Below, piece after piece: positions 36,901 to 50,397 of a stretch of DNA of 64,000 nucleotides (its first letter is position 1; the number at the start of each line of letters is the position of its first letter). Where the stretch lies: NCBI GenBank assembly GCA_039621445.1, contig CP154954.1, positions 40,417,572-40,481,571 of the forward strand, written 5' to 3'. This DNA comes from Euglena gracilis (taxonomy: Eukaryota). The translations under genes and the position numbers were made by a program. The notes under the pieces are model-generated. The model ran no database searches. It was given only the letters and a program-made list of their open reading frames with translations, and had not been told where the DNA came from.

Positions 36901-39900
36901 AAAGAATGGTAATTGCTCAATCTCAATACATCATTCCTTGCAATGAATCTGCGGAAGGTGCCGAAGGCGTGTCGCATGCATAGGGGGCTCATGGGGGGGA
37001 ACACAACATTTTCGGTTGCCAAATTCACCGAACCCAAAATATGGAATTTTTTTCCATAAATTAGGAATACCCACACCTGAAATTTGGATTTCAACCGAAA
37101 TTGGGAACCAACTGGGAAAAAGGTCCTACCTGGACCCCCCCCCCCCGTCTTCTTCCAAAAACTCTGTCGGGGGGTACTTCACGTACTGACTGGCCCACGT
37201 CCGCGAGGGTCTGTCACGGAGTTCCAGCCAGACCCCCACACTCAACCCCAGGCTGCACTCCGCACTTTGAAACAGCTGTAAGGCCAGGGACACTGGGTCC
37301 ATGACACGTATGAATCTCTGCCCCAACCCCCCACACCAGCCCAATTTTTGGCTGGCCTAGAGGTTGGTAGATTGATAGCGCCCCCCGCCATGGTTTGCGG
37401 GTGTGTCCTGACTGTAATTGTGGTTGATATGTGCCCTTAATTGCAAAATGGGACCAAAAAATCAGCACAAAAATTTTAAAAAGTGGTCAAAGTCGCTAAA
37501 AATGGCCATTTTGGGCTTTTCTATGTTTGTGCCTCAAAAATTTAGTTGAAAAATGTCCCAGCAGGATTTGGGCTGTTTTCCCGTTTTTGGGTCCTTGCTG
37601 GGTCCAGCCCGGCAGCTGGGTTCAATCCACCTCCCTAGACCCCCATCCCCAAGGTTGTTCAAAGTATAGTTAATCATTTGTGACCCCCATACTAGTCGCT
37701 CCTTTTGCACGGGGGGGGGGTCGATTAATCGCAATTAATCGACGTTTGGTTATTGATTGCCAAGACAGCCAAATTTTGGTGGTGATTCCTGATTTTTCTG
37801 AAATTTGAGGCAGGTGATTCCTTGTTTGGTGTGTGTGTGTGTGTGTGTGTGATTCTGCATTCATGTTGAGCAATTCCTAACTTGTGTGCTTGGATCCTAA
37901 TTTCCCCCCCCACGTCTCAGACACCCCCCTTGGCATTTTGACATTACGACCCAAGGCTTTTCCGATGAGGAAATGCTGTTCATCAATGACGTGGGTTTTC
38001 CTTGAAAAGTTTAGTTCATCAATCCGGGACCCCCAGTTGATCGCGGTTAATTGCTTGGTCCCCGCTTTGGCGGTCAATTGGTCATCCCTGCCACCCCCAA
38101 ACAGTTTCGCAATGAAAATTGCCTGCACCATCAGGCAGGTCGCGGACCTGTGATAAAAACATGAGTTTCTTGGCCGGCATGCATTTTGAGGGTCAAGTAG
38201 TTGAAGACCAACCCGTGTGTTTAAAATGCCAGTTCGGACGTGAATCCGGGGCCTCAACAACTAGGTCTATACCCCGGTTCGGGCGCCCGAACCGGGGTAC
38301 GGGACCCAGTTTTTGATATCGACTTTGCACATTACTTCCGAAATTGAACAAAAATTCTGTGTTTTTGAAGAAATTTGACTCATTTCAGTTCACCCTTGTG
38401 ATCAAACGAAATTTGGAGTGTTGTTTTTTTTCCTTTGTTTTCTTGATGTTTCTTTGGCCGTTTCTTTTCAAAAATAAATAAAAAATGTTTCTTTCAAAAA
38501 AAAACCCTCCAAAAACTGCCTTCACCCCCCCCCAATTTGGCATGTGCCCGGGTTCCTTCAAACCCCCCGTTTGCTAATTAGGGGGGACCAAGGAAACTCT
38601 TAGGTCGACCGCCAGGGGTCAACCAACAACTCCCAACTGGGCTGTGGGCCCCCCGAAGAAATGAAGTTTTTTTTTGTCCGGCAAAGCCAGCCTAATTGCT
38701 ACTAAACGTGCATTTTGGCCAGGTCCGGGACCCCCCCCTCACGCCCCCCCCAACCCCCCCTAACTTGAAAACTCAACCCCCAACTTTGACTTTAACGGGA
38801 AAAAACTCGCGAAAAAAATCGCGACATTTCTGAGGCCCAAAAATGGCCAAGAATGGCTTCGGACATAAAATGGCAAACTTGGGGGCTACACGTTCCGTGC
38901 ACAGCCCAAAAAAGCATTTTTTGATTAAAAATGGCCAAAAATGGCCAAAAAATGACACTTTTTTTGGAACTGAAATCCCCGATTTTAGGCTGCGCACAGC
39001 GCGTGCGTTCGCCCTCGGACTCCTTCCCCCCCCCCCATGTGGCCGCCGCCCCCTTCCACCCCCCCACTGTGCCTAACCCTTGTGTAATCGCCACGGTTGT
39101 GGGACTTCTGCCGGGGCCCCTTCACCCGGTTTCTATGGCGAGAACTGTGTCCCAGGCTCCGGGTTTATGTCGGAACCAGCGTCTGAGGAATCTCTCGGCC
39201 AAATTTCGCCCCAAATACCCATGTTTGGGACAGCTTTGGGCTGGACGAAACTGGTAGATTCCACACTTCTGATGCCATGTTGCTGATGCCATGTCGAAAG
39301 CTCTTCTCAAGGGCTTTTGACAGATGGCCACAGAATTCGGCCATAATGCACGCAGCTCTTGTTTTCAGTGATCGTGTATGACATAGTCATTTGTCAAATC
39401 CCACAGTTCAGGTCACATATTGCATATCAACGGAAAGCTCTCCTCCCCAAGACCAAAACTGGCCAAATGCCAAAAGCAAATTGTTGTTCAAAAAAACCCA
39501 AAAAAACTGCTCAAATATGATGATCACATGTCTACCAACCATTTTGGACACTTTTGGCACTTTTTATTTTGGGTCCCCCAGATGCCGGGTTCACGCATGA
39601 ACCAGCGTCTGGGACACCGGTTCAAGCGCGAACCCGGAGCCCCCAGACACGGTTCCAACGATTTTGGTTGCTCCTCATCAACCTTCTTGTCAAAATTATC
39701 CAAAATTTCGCTTGACACGGTCCAGAAACGGAAAAAAGGCCAAGGTTTGGGTTGAAAAAAATGTAATTGGGCAGGGGGAGGGCCTGGTTCATCCGACCCC
39801 AAAAAACTTCACTCACCCTGACCCTAACCCTAATCCTGAAAATAACCCCGGAATAACTCCGCCGGCGAGGAAAAGTTCCCGGCGGTAGATCGGTGTCCCC

Positions 39901-40304
39901 AGGAAAACAAGGGGGGTCCCAGTAAACCCCCCAAACAACACCCCCCCAAATAACGCACCCCACCCCAAATAACACACCCCCCCTCGGGGGCCGATTTCGA
40001 GCGCCAAAATAACACCCCCCCTGTTTTCCTTTAGTTTTTTCATGTAAAAATAACACCCCCCTGGGGCCCCAATTCGGGTGCCCAAATAACACCCCGGGGG
40101 GGTGTTATTTGGGGGGGGGGGGTTAATTTTACCTGGGCGGCCGAAGCCCCCAGTAGGTTACAACTACTGGGCCCTCCGCCCCCCCCCCCGGGAGGGCAAT
40201 GAGTTAATCTTGCCATATGCATTTATAATATATATGCACACATATTATATATACATATATACATATATATACACATATGCTTTATGTTTTATATATGTAC
40301 ATAT

Positions 40305-41057
40305 ATGGCAGGTGACTATAAGACCCCCAGGGGGTTCACCCCACGATGGCCACCTGGGTACCCTGGGGTTAGTGAAGGACGTAGGGTTAGGCTGAGGACC
40401 AGGGCCTGGGTTCGGTAAGGGATGCGCGTCGCGGCTGCGCATGCAACCGCGACACGCCTCCCCTCAGAACCCATGCCGCGCCATTCCCAAGGGCGGCAGA
40501 CAGGCAGGGGGGAAAAAAGATAAAGGCCGACGAGTGGTCAGCCCCCACAAGGGATTCCTCCGGTGACCCCAAACAGGCCGGTGCTGGGACTTGTTGTGCA
40601 GGGGTAACGTGACCCCCCCCTATTTGTCCCCCCCCCTAATTGGCCAGAGCCCAGTGGCCAATTAGGGGGGGGGTTACTCATTTCAAGGGAAAATGCCTTT
40701 GTTCGGGTGTTTTTCGGGGGTTCGCGACTATGAAGGACGGAGCCCAGGTGGCCAATTAGGGGGGGGGGTTAGGGGTAACCTCCCCTATTTGTCTCCCCCC
40801 CCCCTAAATTGGCCAGAAGGGGGGTCCGGGCCGCCCGGAGGGCGGCCAAATAGGGGGGGGGTCACGTTAGTTGGGGTCAGCAGTGAGTGCCGCCCACGCC
40901 GGCAGGGGATGCGCCCGTCGCAGTGCGCGCAGGCGAAATCCGGCCGGCCGGTCCTCACCCCAATCCTACGCCCTTCACTAACCCCAGGGTACCCAGGTGG
41001 TCATTGTGGGGTGAACTTTAGGGCCCGCCGGGGGGGTTTATAGTTCTCACCTGCCAT
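40305..41057. mobile_element. TIR element (about 95-bp imperfect TIRs) between AT-rich microsatellites, with a nested TA-flanked MITE at 40607-40867
   Basis: Ends ATGGCAGGTGA and TCACCTGCCAT, with internal ACCTGGGTACCCTGGGGTTAGTGAAGG and its reverse complement. The nested TIR ACGTGACCCCCCC is flanked by TA. A relative of the nested element is at 43131-43392. Confidence 0.8.
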
Positions 41058-41075
41058 CTGCATATATTATTTTTA

Positions 41076-41096
41076 CCTATCTATCTACCTACCTAC

Positions 41097-41165
<69 letters not shown>

Positions 41166-41530
41166 CATCCATCCATCCATCCATCCATCCATCCATCCAT
41201 CCATCCATCCATCCATCCATCTGTCTATCTATCCATCCATCCATCTATCTATCTTTCTATCTATATCTATATCCATATCTATATCCATATCTATGCCCAT
41301 ATCTATATCTATGTCCATGTCTATGTCTATATCTATATCTATATCTCTATATCTCTATATCTATGTCTATGTCTATGTCTATATCCATATCCATATCTAT
41401 ATCTATATCTATATCTGTATCTATATATATATATCTATGTCTATATCTATATCTATATCTAAATCTATATCTATATCAATACCTATATCTATATCGAAAT
41501 CTACATCAATATCTATATCTACATCTGTAT
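41076..41530. repeat. Compound microsatellite (CTAT)n/(CCAT)n/(ATATCT)n
   Basis: Directly visible. Confidence 0.95.
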
Positions 41531-42121
41531 TTACACCTATTACCATGCCCCCCCCAGTTAGTCACCCCCCCTCAAGAATTGGGGCAGGGGGCAAAATTTG
41601 GGCATAAATTGACCCCCCCCCCGAGTTAATCACCCCCCCCCTGTTAGTCACCCTTGGCCAAATTCCCCTCCCAAGGGGGTGACTAACTCGGGGGGGGGGG
41701 GCACGGTAGTACAACTATATTCATGTCTATGTCTATGTCTACATCCATATCCATATCTATATCTACATCTACATTTCTATTTACCATGCCCCCCATATTG
41801 TACCCCCCCCATAATGTACCCCCCCCATTGGATTGACTGTGTATGGTTTCGATCGGAGTGACCATGGACCATGACCTTGGCCCCCCCATATTGTACCCCC
41901 CAGAAAATGGCTCCCAGGGGGGGTACAATATGGGGGGCATGGTATATCTATATATCTATACCTATATCGATGCACATATATAATCCCTAGGGCTTTATTT
42001 TTGGGCCACAGGTGATTTCACTATTAAACCGGCGTTTGGGACGCTCGGTTCACGACAGAACCGCCGCCTCCCCCCCCCCCCCACGGACGCCGGTTCTGTC
42101 CCCAAAAAAGGGGCTAGGGAC

Positions 42122-42612
42122 CAGGGAATTTCTTAAGGACCCCCCGGGGGGGGTCCAGCCTCCGGCTGGCAAAAAGGCTGCTGGCTGGATTTGAGCTGCT
42201 GGCTGGTCCCCCCCCGGGGGGGGGGGGAGGGGGGGTCCGGGGCTGGAGCGGGCTGGGCTGGGCTGGGTCGAGGAAAAACAAAATTTTCTAACTCATTTTG
42301 GCCATTTTCGACATTTTGATGGGTGGAGCTAGATCAAGGCTGGGGGGCTGTAATGGAGGGGCTGTGATGAGGGGGAAAAATGCAGGGATAAGTGAGCTGG
42401 ACAGCCCAGTTGGCTGGCCGGCCTGCGGCCGGCCGGGCCGGCCTTCGGCCGGCTGGCCCGGCCTCCGGCCGGGCTGGACCCGACTTTATTTCACTCGACC
42501 CCGGGGGGGGGGGGCTCCCAGCCCGAATTTGGGCTGCTGGCTGGATTTGAGCTGCTGGCTGGCTGGACCCCCCCCGGGGGGTAGGGTACCCTCCAGCTTA
42601 AGAAATTCCCTG
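42122..42612. mobile_element. hAT-like MITE
   Basis: TIR CAGGGAATTTCTTAAG with 8-bp TSD CTAGGGAC (42114-42121 and 42613-42620). Confidence 0.9.
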
Positions 42613-44475
42613 CTAGGGACGCCGGTTCTGTCCAAAACCTGGCGTCTCTAACGACGGCTTGGTCATTCCTAAAAATGTCACCAAAACTGCCCCAAAATGG
42701 CCATGAGGTCCTGATATGACTGTTCTAACCATGTGGCACAATGAAATTTGACATTTGGGGACCACTTGGGTGGATACCCAATTCTGGCAAAAATTGGTGC
42801 TGCTTTGGAAATAGAGCACCATGCAGCGTGGAAAAATCTGATGACCACCACTGATCGTCTGTTGAAAAGAGCTTTCGAACGAGGGGTAACTTGGTATCCT
42901 AACGTTGCATGCAACACGAGATACGCTCGCAATCGTCGGATCGGCCAGAATATGAGGCGAAATTTGTGGTGATTTTTGGTACTGTTTGGTTGATGAACCA
43001 CACAGAAATGAGTTTTTTCTTCGAATCGACGGCCTGAGGGGTTTAGGGGGATAAAAGAATTTGTGAAAGCAGGACTTCCCAATGACATGAAACAAGAGCA
43101 CTGTGCAGCGGGCTGAACTTGGTAGTGATCACTACCAACCCCCCTCTATTTGCCCCCCCGCCTAATTGGCCAGAGCCCAGGTGGCCAATTAGGGGGGGGG
43201 GGTACTCATTTCAAGGGAAAATGCCTTTGTTCGGGTGTTTTTCGGGGGTTCATGACTAAAGGACGGGGTCCAGGTGGGCCAATTAGGGGGGGGTTAGGGG
43301 TAACCCCCCCTAATTGTCCCCCCCCCTAATTGGCCAGAAGGGGGGTCCGGGCCGCCCGGAGGGCGGCCAAATAGAGGGGGGGGGTTGGTAGTTGTCTGAT
43401 GAAATGAGCTTTCAAATGAGGGGTGATTTTGTACCTGGACGCTTGACACAGCCAGAGATACGCTCGCGATCGTCGGAATTGGGCGAAATGCAAAATAGCG
43501 TGACATTTCAGATTAGTGGCCGGTGATTGGTCCTGCGAGTGCCCTTTGACCGAAGGTTGGGGAAGCCGGTTCTGTCGTGAACCCGGCATCCCTAAAGCGC
43601 CGGTTTAAGAAAAGGGGTGGCGAACGCCGGTTCTACCGTGAACCCGGCGTCCCCGGACGCCGGGTTCATGGCAGAACTGGTCTCCGCCACCCCTTTTCTA
43701 ATATATTGGAGGCACCATGCCCCCCCTCCCCCCGATAGTGTCCCATACCCGGCCCAACAGAGACTATCGGGGGGGGGGACACTATCGGGAGGGCATGGTA
43801 TTTGAAACTTTGGATTGGTCTAAAAAGGCCGAAATTTGACCCAGGCCAACAAAACCTCCAAGATTGCCAAAAAAAAAAGCCCAGAAAATGGTTTTTCATG
43901 CCCATGTATTGAAACCGTGTCCAGGGGCTCCGGGTTCACGCCCGAATTGGCATCTGGGACGCCGGTTCAGTTGAGAAATTTCTGCACCGAACCGGCATCC
44001 AAGACGCTGGTTCGGGCGTGAACCTGACGTCTGGGGGACCCAAAATTAAAAAAAAAAATGCCCAAAAGTGTCCAAAATGGTTTGTAGACATGTGGTAAGC
44101 ACATCTGAGCAGTTTTTTTGGGGTCTTTGGTCAGGAATTGAGGTCTTTCTACAACGATTTCCCAACTCTTTAGCCAACTCTGGGGAATTTTTCAAATAGA
44201 GTTCCAAGCAGCACAGCTTAAAGTCATGGCCAAGTTACGGCCTCAAGGGCTGCTGAAAGCCCTTGTGAACAGCTTTCGATCGATGGGCAACATGGCAGGT
44301 GCACAGTGGAATTTTGAATTTTTAAACAGGGTCGGAACATGCGATTGCCGGTTTTCTACCCATAATGGTAGTAGTTTATTAAATTATTAATAGGGTAGCT
44401 TATTAAAACCTATTTCCTGGGCCCGACGCCTGTCTTGAATTTCTACAGACACTAGCGGATTTCAGGCTGAATCCG

Positions 44476-44668
44476 TTAGTGTAAAACGATTTCCAAGACA
44501 GGTGTTCGTTAGTGTAAAACGATTCCCAAGACAGGCGACCGTTAGTGTAAAACGATTTCCAAGACAGGTGACCGTTGGTGTAAAACGATTTCCAAGACAG
44601 GCGACCGTTAGTGTAAAACGATTTCCAAGACAGGCGATCGTTGGTGTAAAACGATTTCCAAGACAGAC
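44476..44668. repeat. 33-bp tandem repeat x6 (GTTAGTGTAAAACGATTTCCAAGACAGGCGACC), preceded by an inverted degenerate unit
   Basis: Directly visible, with no unique spacers. Confidence 0.92.
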
Positions 44669-44737
44669 AAAAAAAGGTCCTAAAAAGGCAAGATGTGAGG
44701 AGTTAACAAAACACAGGTGAGGCGGTGGTGCTGTTGA

Positions 44738-45001
44738 TCACGATGGACGTGGAAACGAAAGGGGGGACCCCGCAACCGGGACACAAGGCGGCCAACAGAT
44801 GCACATAATGTGCGAGCTGCACAGGCAGCTGAAAACGTGGGAACAACGAACCTTGCATTGCAAACATTTGGAGACCCAGTCGGCCACTCCCCGAAAAATC
44901 CCGTTGCCAATTGGCCCGCTGCCAAGCGCCTTTGAAAACAGAGTCACAGTGCGAAACAAAAAATCATTCTCGCCTGAGGCGGAACTGGTGGTTCCACGCA
45001 A
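44738..45001 (-). pseudogene. Possible tyrosine-recombinase (Crypton-like) catalytic-domain fragment
   Basis: DFLFRTVTLFSKALGSGPIGNGIFRGVADWVSK resembles the hFh...P-h-G-x-x-x-h segment before box II. It sits next to the GGCCCGACGCCTG end motif shared with 50546. Confidence 0.35.
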
Positions 45002-46875
45002 AAGCTCGCACTGCCTTTCAAACGCCGCAATGGCGCAAACGGAAGGGTCTGGGGTGTGCGACCCCCACCCCTGAAATCGGCCCGATTTTGGCGGTTCTAT
45101 ACCTTATGCTTCCAAGTGTCCGAAAATCCCCCCCTAAAAAAGCCTGTCCCCTCCCACAAAAAAAAGTCAACAAAGGTGTGAGGCAAGGGCTTTACGGAAG
45201 GGATTATTTTTTTCATACATGCAATTTTGTCCTTGTGAACCATCATGAAACAAATGTTAAAAAAACATTCCCACAGAAATGGAAAAAAATCATAAATTAC
45301 ATTTTTGTTCTTGATGTTTTTGACCATTTTTTTTGGCAGTTTTTGAACTTAGGGGTTAGGGGGGAAGCGGGGTCGTCCAACTCGAGTTGCGGCCATTTTT
45401 CGGCCAATTTTGAGCACATTTCTGGGGCCATTTTGGGCTGTTTTCGGGGTCAAAGAATCGATGTCTCCAAAATATCTCGAAAACGAAGCAAAAAAAATCA
45501 AAGGAAATGTCCAGAGACCTAAATTGAAGCCCTTAAAATGCCCTATCTAGCGATATTTTGAGTTCCCCGAAACTCCCTGCCAAGCACGAATTATCCCGGC
45601 CATGTTCCAAAATTTGATACATTACACCTAACACCTGAATATTTTGCACTCCACACCGTATATTTTTGCATTTCCGGTCAACCTTTTGCACTTTATCTCA
45701 AAAATGTTTGCATTTTATCTCAAAAATGTGTTTTGCACAGTCGCCCTTAAGTCCGCGTCTAAGGCGCAGGGACTCGGAACGGAGTCTGCGCCTAAAACGA
45801 CTTCGGGCATGAGGTCTATGTTTTAAGACGCAAACTCCGTCCAAAATACTGCGCCTTGAATGATGATTTTGTTGGAGCCCCCCAGAACCAGGGTTGACGT
45901 TTTTTTTGTTTCTTTTTTTAAAAAAAACAAAAAAACATGTTTTTATTAAAAAAAATGCAAAAAAGAATGTTTTTTTGAAAAAGCAAAAATTGACCTTTTT
46001 CCTTGCGAACTTGCCATTTTTTTTGCGGAAAAATTTTTGGGTGTGGTTCGGGTCACGGGGGGGGGGGGTCACGGGGGGTCACGGGGGAACATCAGGGCTG
46101 CATAGAGGTAGAGGTGGAGGTCAAGGCCTCTACCTCTATGTCAACCACCTCTACCTCTACCTCTACCTCTACCTCTATGTCACCTCTATGTCTGTAAAAT
46201 GTACCAAAATGACCTCAAAAAGGGTCATAAAACACCCCACCTGCTCGGAAAATGGCAATTTCGCATGAAAACACATGAAAAATGGCGAGGGGATGAGAAA
46301 CAATATGTGGGTTGGTGATTTTGAAAGTTGTTGGCGCAGTTATGTGACCACATTGAGCAATTCTGAAAACCTTTCATGCATTTCTCCTTTGCTTGCACAA
46401 AAATTCCTTTATCGAGTCATTTTCCTTTGGTTTTTGACACAGAGGTGACATAGAGGGATAGAGGAGGTTGGAAAACCTCTACCTCTACCTCTACCTCTAC
46501 CTCTATCCCTCTACCTCCATGCAGCCTTGACCACATTTTTGATGGCCAAATTAGGAATCACCGAAAACAAATTTTGTGTCAAGAACTGTGTTTGGGCCAA
46601 GAGTTAGGGGGAGCCCAGGGGCAGGGACCGCGGCGCCTTCGGCGCCGCGGTCCCCGCCTCTGGGCCCCCCTAAAACCTTGGCCCAAAACACTGTTCTTGT
46701 TTGAAATTGTGTTTTGGGCGAAGATTTAAGACTTTTAAAGTCTCGAAATCGGCCCAAACACGGTTTCTTGGGGGAAAATCCTTTTTGGCTCCAAATTAGG
46801 AATCCCCCAACCTAAAATTAGTAGTATTTGACACCAAATTAGGCATCACCAAAATTTATGTCTCAAAATGAGGAA

Positions 46876-49800
46876 GGCGGCCGAATTCGCACTTAAGATT
46901 TTTCCTTTTGATGCGCGCAATTGCGCAAATTTACAATTTTTTTGTAACCCCTGGGACCCTGTACCCTGACAGCCAGAACACGATTTAAGAACTGTTACAC
47001 CCATCTATTGGAGGGGATTAACTCCCAGTGGTCTGGTGTGCATGCTGCTTACCAGGTGACGTTAATAGGACGGAGGGTGAGACTGGTGCTGTTGTACATC
47101 AAACCGGAGAGAGGCACACACCCCTTGTGACGACACTTGGAAACGGTGCTGACGTGCTGCCTGAACTGGCTTGGATACTGCCGCCACCGGTGAGAACACA
47201 CTGAGTCTCACTAGATAACAACACCACAGGCACACGGACTACGTGAGCCAGTCATCACGCAATTGATGTGTGTTTATGGGCGCAATTGCGCAAATAAAAC
47301 AATTGTGTTTGATGCGCGCATTTGCGCAAATAAAACGTCCACCGATGATGATAAAATGACGTGTTTATGGGCGCCAGTGCGCGCACCAACAAATTTGTTT
47401 ATGTGTGCATTTGCGCAAAAGCGCACACCACCAAATGCGTTTGATGTGCGCATTTCCGCCCACCAAACATGTACGTTTTCCTTCCATGCAGGGGGGGGAA
47501 ATGCGCTCGCCCGGCCTCGGAAAAAATGCGCAAAAATGCGCAAAAATGCGCAAAAATGCGCGAAAAAATGCGCAAAAAATGCGCATTTTTGGAAAAAATG
47601 CGCAAAAATGTGCAAAATCCGAGAAAAAATGCACAAAAATCACGAAAATGCAAAAATTACCCAAACACATGCAAAAATGGCACCAAATTTGAAGAAATTA
47701 TGTAGAATAATGAGGAAAATGAAAGTTTCAAAAAAAAAGTCGAAAATTTCAAATTTTTGCAAAAAAAAATGCAAAAATGGTCAAAAAATGCAAAAATTTT
47801 GGAAAAGCACGAAAAAATGTGCCAAAAAGCAAAAAAATGCGCTGAAAAAAAACGAAAAAATGCGCAAAAAATGCGAAAAAATGCGCAAAAATGCGCATTT
47901 TTGGAAAATTTGAAAAAATGCACAAAAAATGCGCAAAAATGCGAAAAAATGTGAAACGCATTTCCCCCCCTGCTTCCATGTTAAAAGACACCAATAAGGA
48001 CCATGAACTAGAAGGTTTAAAAACGTGATGGACGTGTTGGTGCGCGCAATTGCGCAAATAAAGACACTTTTGTTGATGCGCGCATTTGCGCAAATGCGCG
48101 CATCAACACGTTAATAAACCGCTTCAAAATGATGTGTTTGTAGGGCCCTTAGAGCACATAAACAAAGTTTGTTTATTTGCGCAAATGCGCCCATCAAAAC
48201 ACATCAGTTGTGGGATACCATCTCCTGCTCCGTGACGGCTGGCGAACACAATTCCTCACGCCAACCATTGATTTGCACCAAGATTACATGGTGATGAAAT
48301 TGGTGGTGAGAGGCAGTGTGGAGTGTTCACTGGAACACGGCATCTGACTGGCCAAGATTTGCCTGCCTTACGTGTGTACATGTGCACTGCTGTTCCCCGG
48401 CCCGAACGGCCTGTTGCTTTGGCGTCATGCGTTTGGCAATTAAATGTAATGAAATGATGACGTGCAAACGACCTGTGACTGTTGAACACCTTTTGTGCAA
48501 CAAGACTGCGTTGCAAGAAGTCAAAATTTGGCACCTGAAACACCCGGGACGTGTCGGGCCGTAGTCCGTTTTATGGTTTTCTTTGCCATTTTTCCCTTGA
48601 AAAATGGAAAAAACACCGGTTTTTGTGCATATTTTGGGGGGAAGTGGGTCCCACCGCTTTGATACGACCAATCCAGTGGTGGTGGTTCACCACTTCCTTG
48701 TACCCAAAGTAACGGGTGTTTGAGGGCCACCTCTCTCCAGCTGTTGGTTGCCATGCACTGGCACCACGTCGTCCCCCCAGTCTTACACCCCGGTGGCGGG
48801 GTATAACGTGGCCGCTGTGGTGGGTGCCGTTGCACCGGGGAGGTCGATGCCGGCCTGCTGGGTGCTGAAGCATCAGCAGCTGATGGGGCTGCAGCGGCGG
48901 AGCCGAAGCCGCAGGCCAGCCGCAGGGCCCTTGGGAACCAAAAAATTGGTGCCGGTGGACGTGCACCGTTACTGGGTGGCTGTGCACCCACCATCAAAAG
49001 ATGCCATGTCTCCATCTTTTGCCGGGCCTGTCGATGGTCCAAAAACGGCACCGTAACACCATATCCTGGAGGGGACGGTGTAGTCATTTGGGTTGAACCC
49101 ACTCAGAAGCCACTAAGGGTGGCTGTAGGAGCACCAAAGGAATTCACTTATTACTCCTCCATTGGTGGTTTATTTGCGCATTTGCGCGCATCACGTTGTT
49201 TTATGGACGCAAGTGCGCAAATAAAACAGATGTAAACTGAACAATTTACATCTGTTTTATTTGCGCATTTGCGCCCACAAACAACGTGATGCGCGCAAGT
49301 GCGCAAGTAAACCACTTCCGCTGTCGGCGTTTGACAGCTGTGTTTTTGTCACACCGTTCTTCTTTGCGTTCATTTGCGCAAATGCGCGCATCAAACACAA
49401 AACATGTTTGTGCGCGCATTTGCGCAAATGCGCGCATAAAAATGTTTTGTGTTTGATGCGCGCATTTGCGCCCATAAGCTTGCGCGTTGACAGACAGTGT
49501 GGCAAACCCACCAACTGGATGGCCCGTCAGTCCGTGCCGTCACGGCCTCTTTGTCACACCTTTTATCAGCAGCGTCAGTTCGTGGGTACCAAAGCCCAAT
49601 CCTTGAAGGATATGTTTATGTTGATGCGCGCAATTGCGCGCATCAACATTAACATGTTGATGCGCGCAATTGCGCGCATCAACATAAACATGTTGATGCG
49701 CGCAATTGCGCGCATCAAACGTAATTTTGTCCTTCCAGTGTTGGGCTTCTTCTGCAGGGTTCTTTGCCACACCACTGGTTGTGTGGGTCCTGGGTTTAAG

Positions 49801-50397
49801 TCGCGTGGGAGACACCCGTCCCCTTTATTCCCTTCATTCCCTGCGGACCCCGCTCCTTCCCCCTCTGCGCATCCCTTCCCAAACACCCCACACTCATCTT
49901 TCTTCCCCAGCGTCCTTCCCGCCGGCTCGGTCACACCACACCCACACCCCCCGGACCTTCCTCCCTGCACTTTAACAAACAGCTCAAAAACACCACACCC
50001 AGGCGCCGCAAGCAACGCAGTCCGGCAAACACCCAGGACGCACACCGCCGGCAGCTCGGGCACACCCGGGGACACAGCCGAAAGAAGCAAAAAGGGCCAG
50101 TAAAGGTCCCGTTCCTATGGTGCTTTTTTGCGTTTTTTTCAGGGTGGGCCGGCAGGGTCCCGTAGGTTTGGGCCCACAAAGTCCTTCCCGACACCCCCAA
50201 AAATCACTGTTTTTCGCCAAAGTCCCGGGGGTCTCACAACCAAAATCAGAATTTCGATCATTTTTTGCACTCTCTTGTTGCCGTGTTTTCAAACCCCCCT
50301 GACCTTCACAGCCGAAACAGGACACAATCAAAAAAATTGTAAATTTGCGCAAATGCGCGCATCAAATGAAAAAAGCTTAAGTGCGAATTAGGCCGCC
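46876..50397. mobile_element. 3.5-kb TIR element (possibly PIF/Harbinger-like) rich in TGCGCGCA/TTGCGCAA palindromes
   Basis: About 65-bp TIR GGCGGCC(G/T)AATTCGCACTTAAG...TTGCGCAAATTTACAATTTTTT with flanks GAA and TAA. No transposase was recognised. Confidence 0.75.
47489..47972. mobile_element. hAT-like MITE with internal AAAAATGCGC repeats
   Basis: TIR CAGGGGGGG(G)AAATGCG with 8-bp TSD CTTCCATG (47481-47488 and 47973-47980). Confidence 0.9.

Noticed and set aside
39815-39840. Telomere-like CCCTAA repeats (also near 13356, 45349 and 57717)
   Set aside because: Only 2-3 degenerate units occur inside dispersed repeats, so this is not a telomeric tract.
44476-44668. 33-bp repeats as a CRISPR array
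   Set aside because: The units are contiguous with no unique spacers, there are no cas genes, and the context is eukaryotic.
46625-46655. GGGACCGCGGCGCC-TTC-GGCGCCGCGGTCCC hairpin as another YR-element end
   Set aside because: The apex is similar, but the stem is only 14 bp with no adjoining IR-flanked ORF. Short GC hairpins of this kind occur inside several repeats here (27991, 33521).
47263-48093. K/C/A-rich ORFs
   Set aside because: They are translations of AAAAATGCGC repeats within a TSD-flanked MITE.
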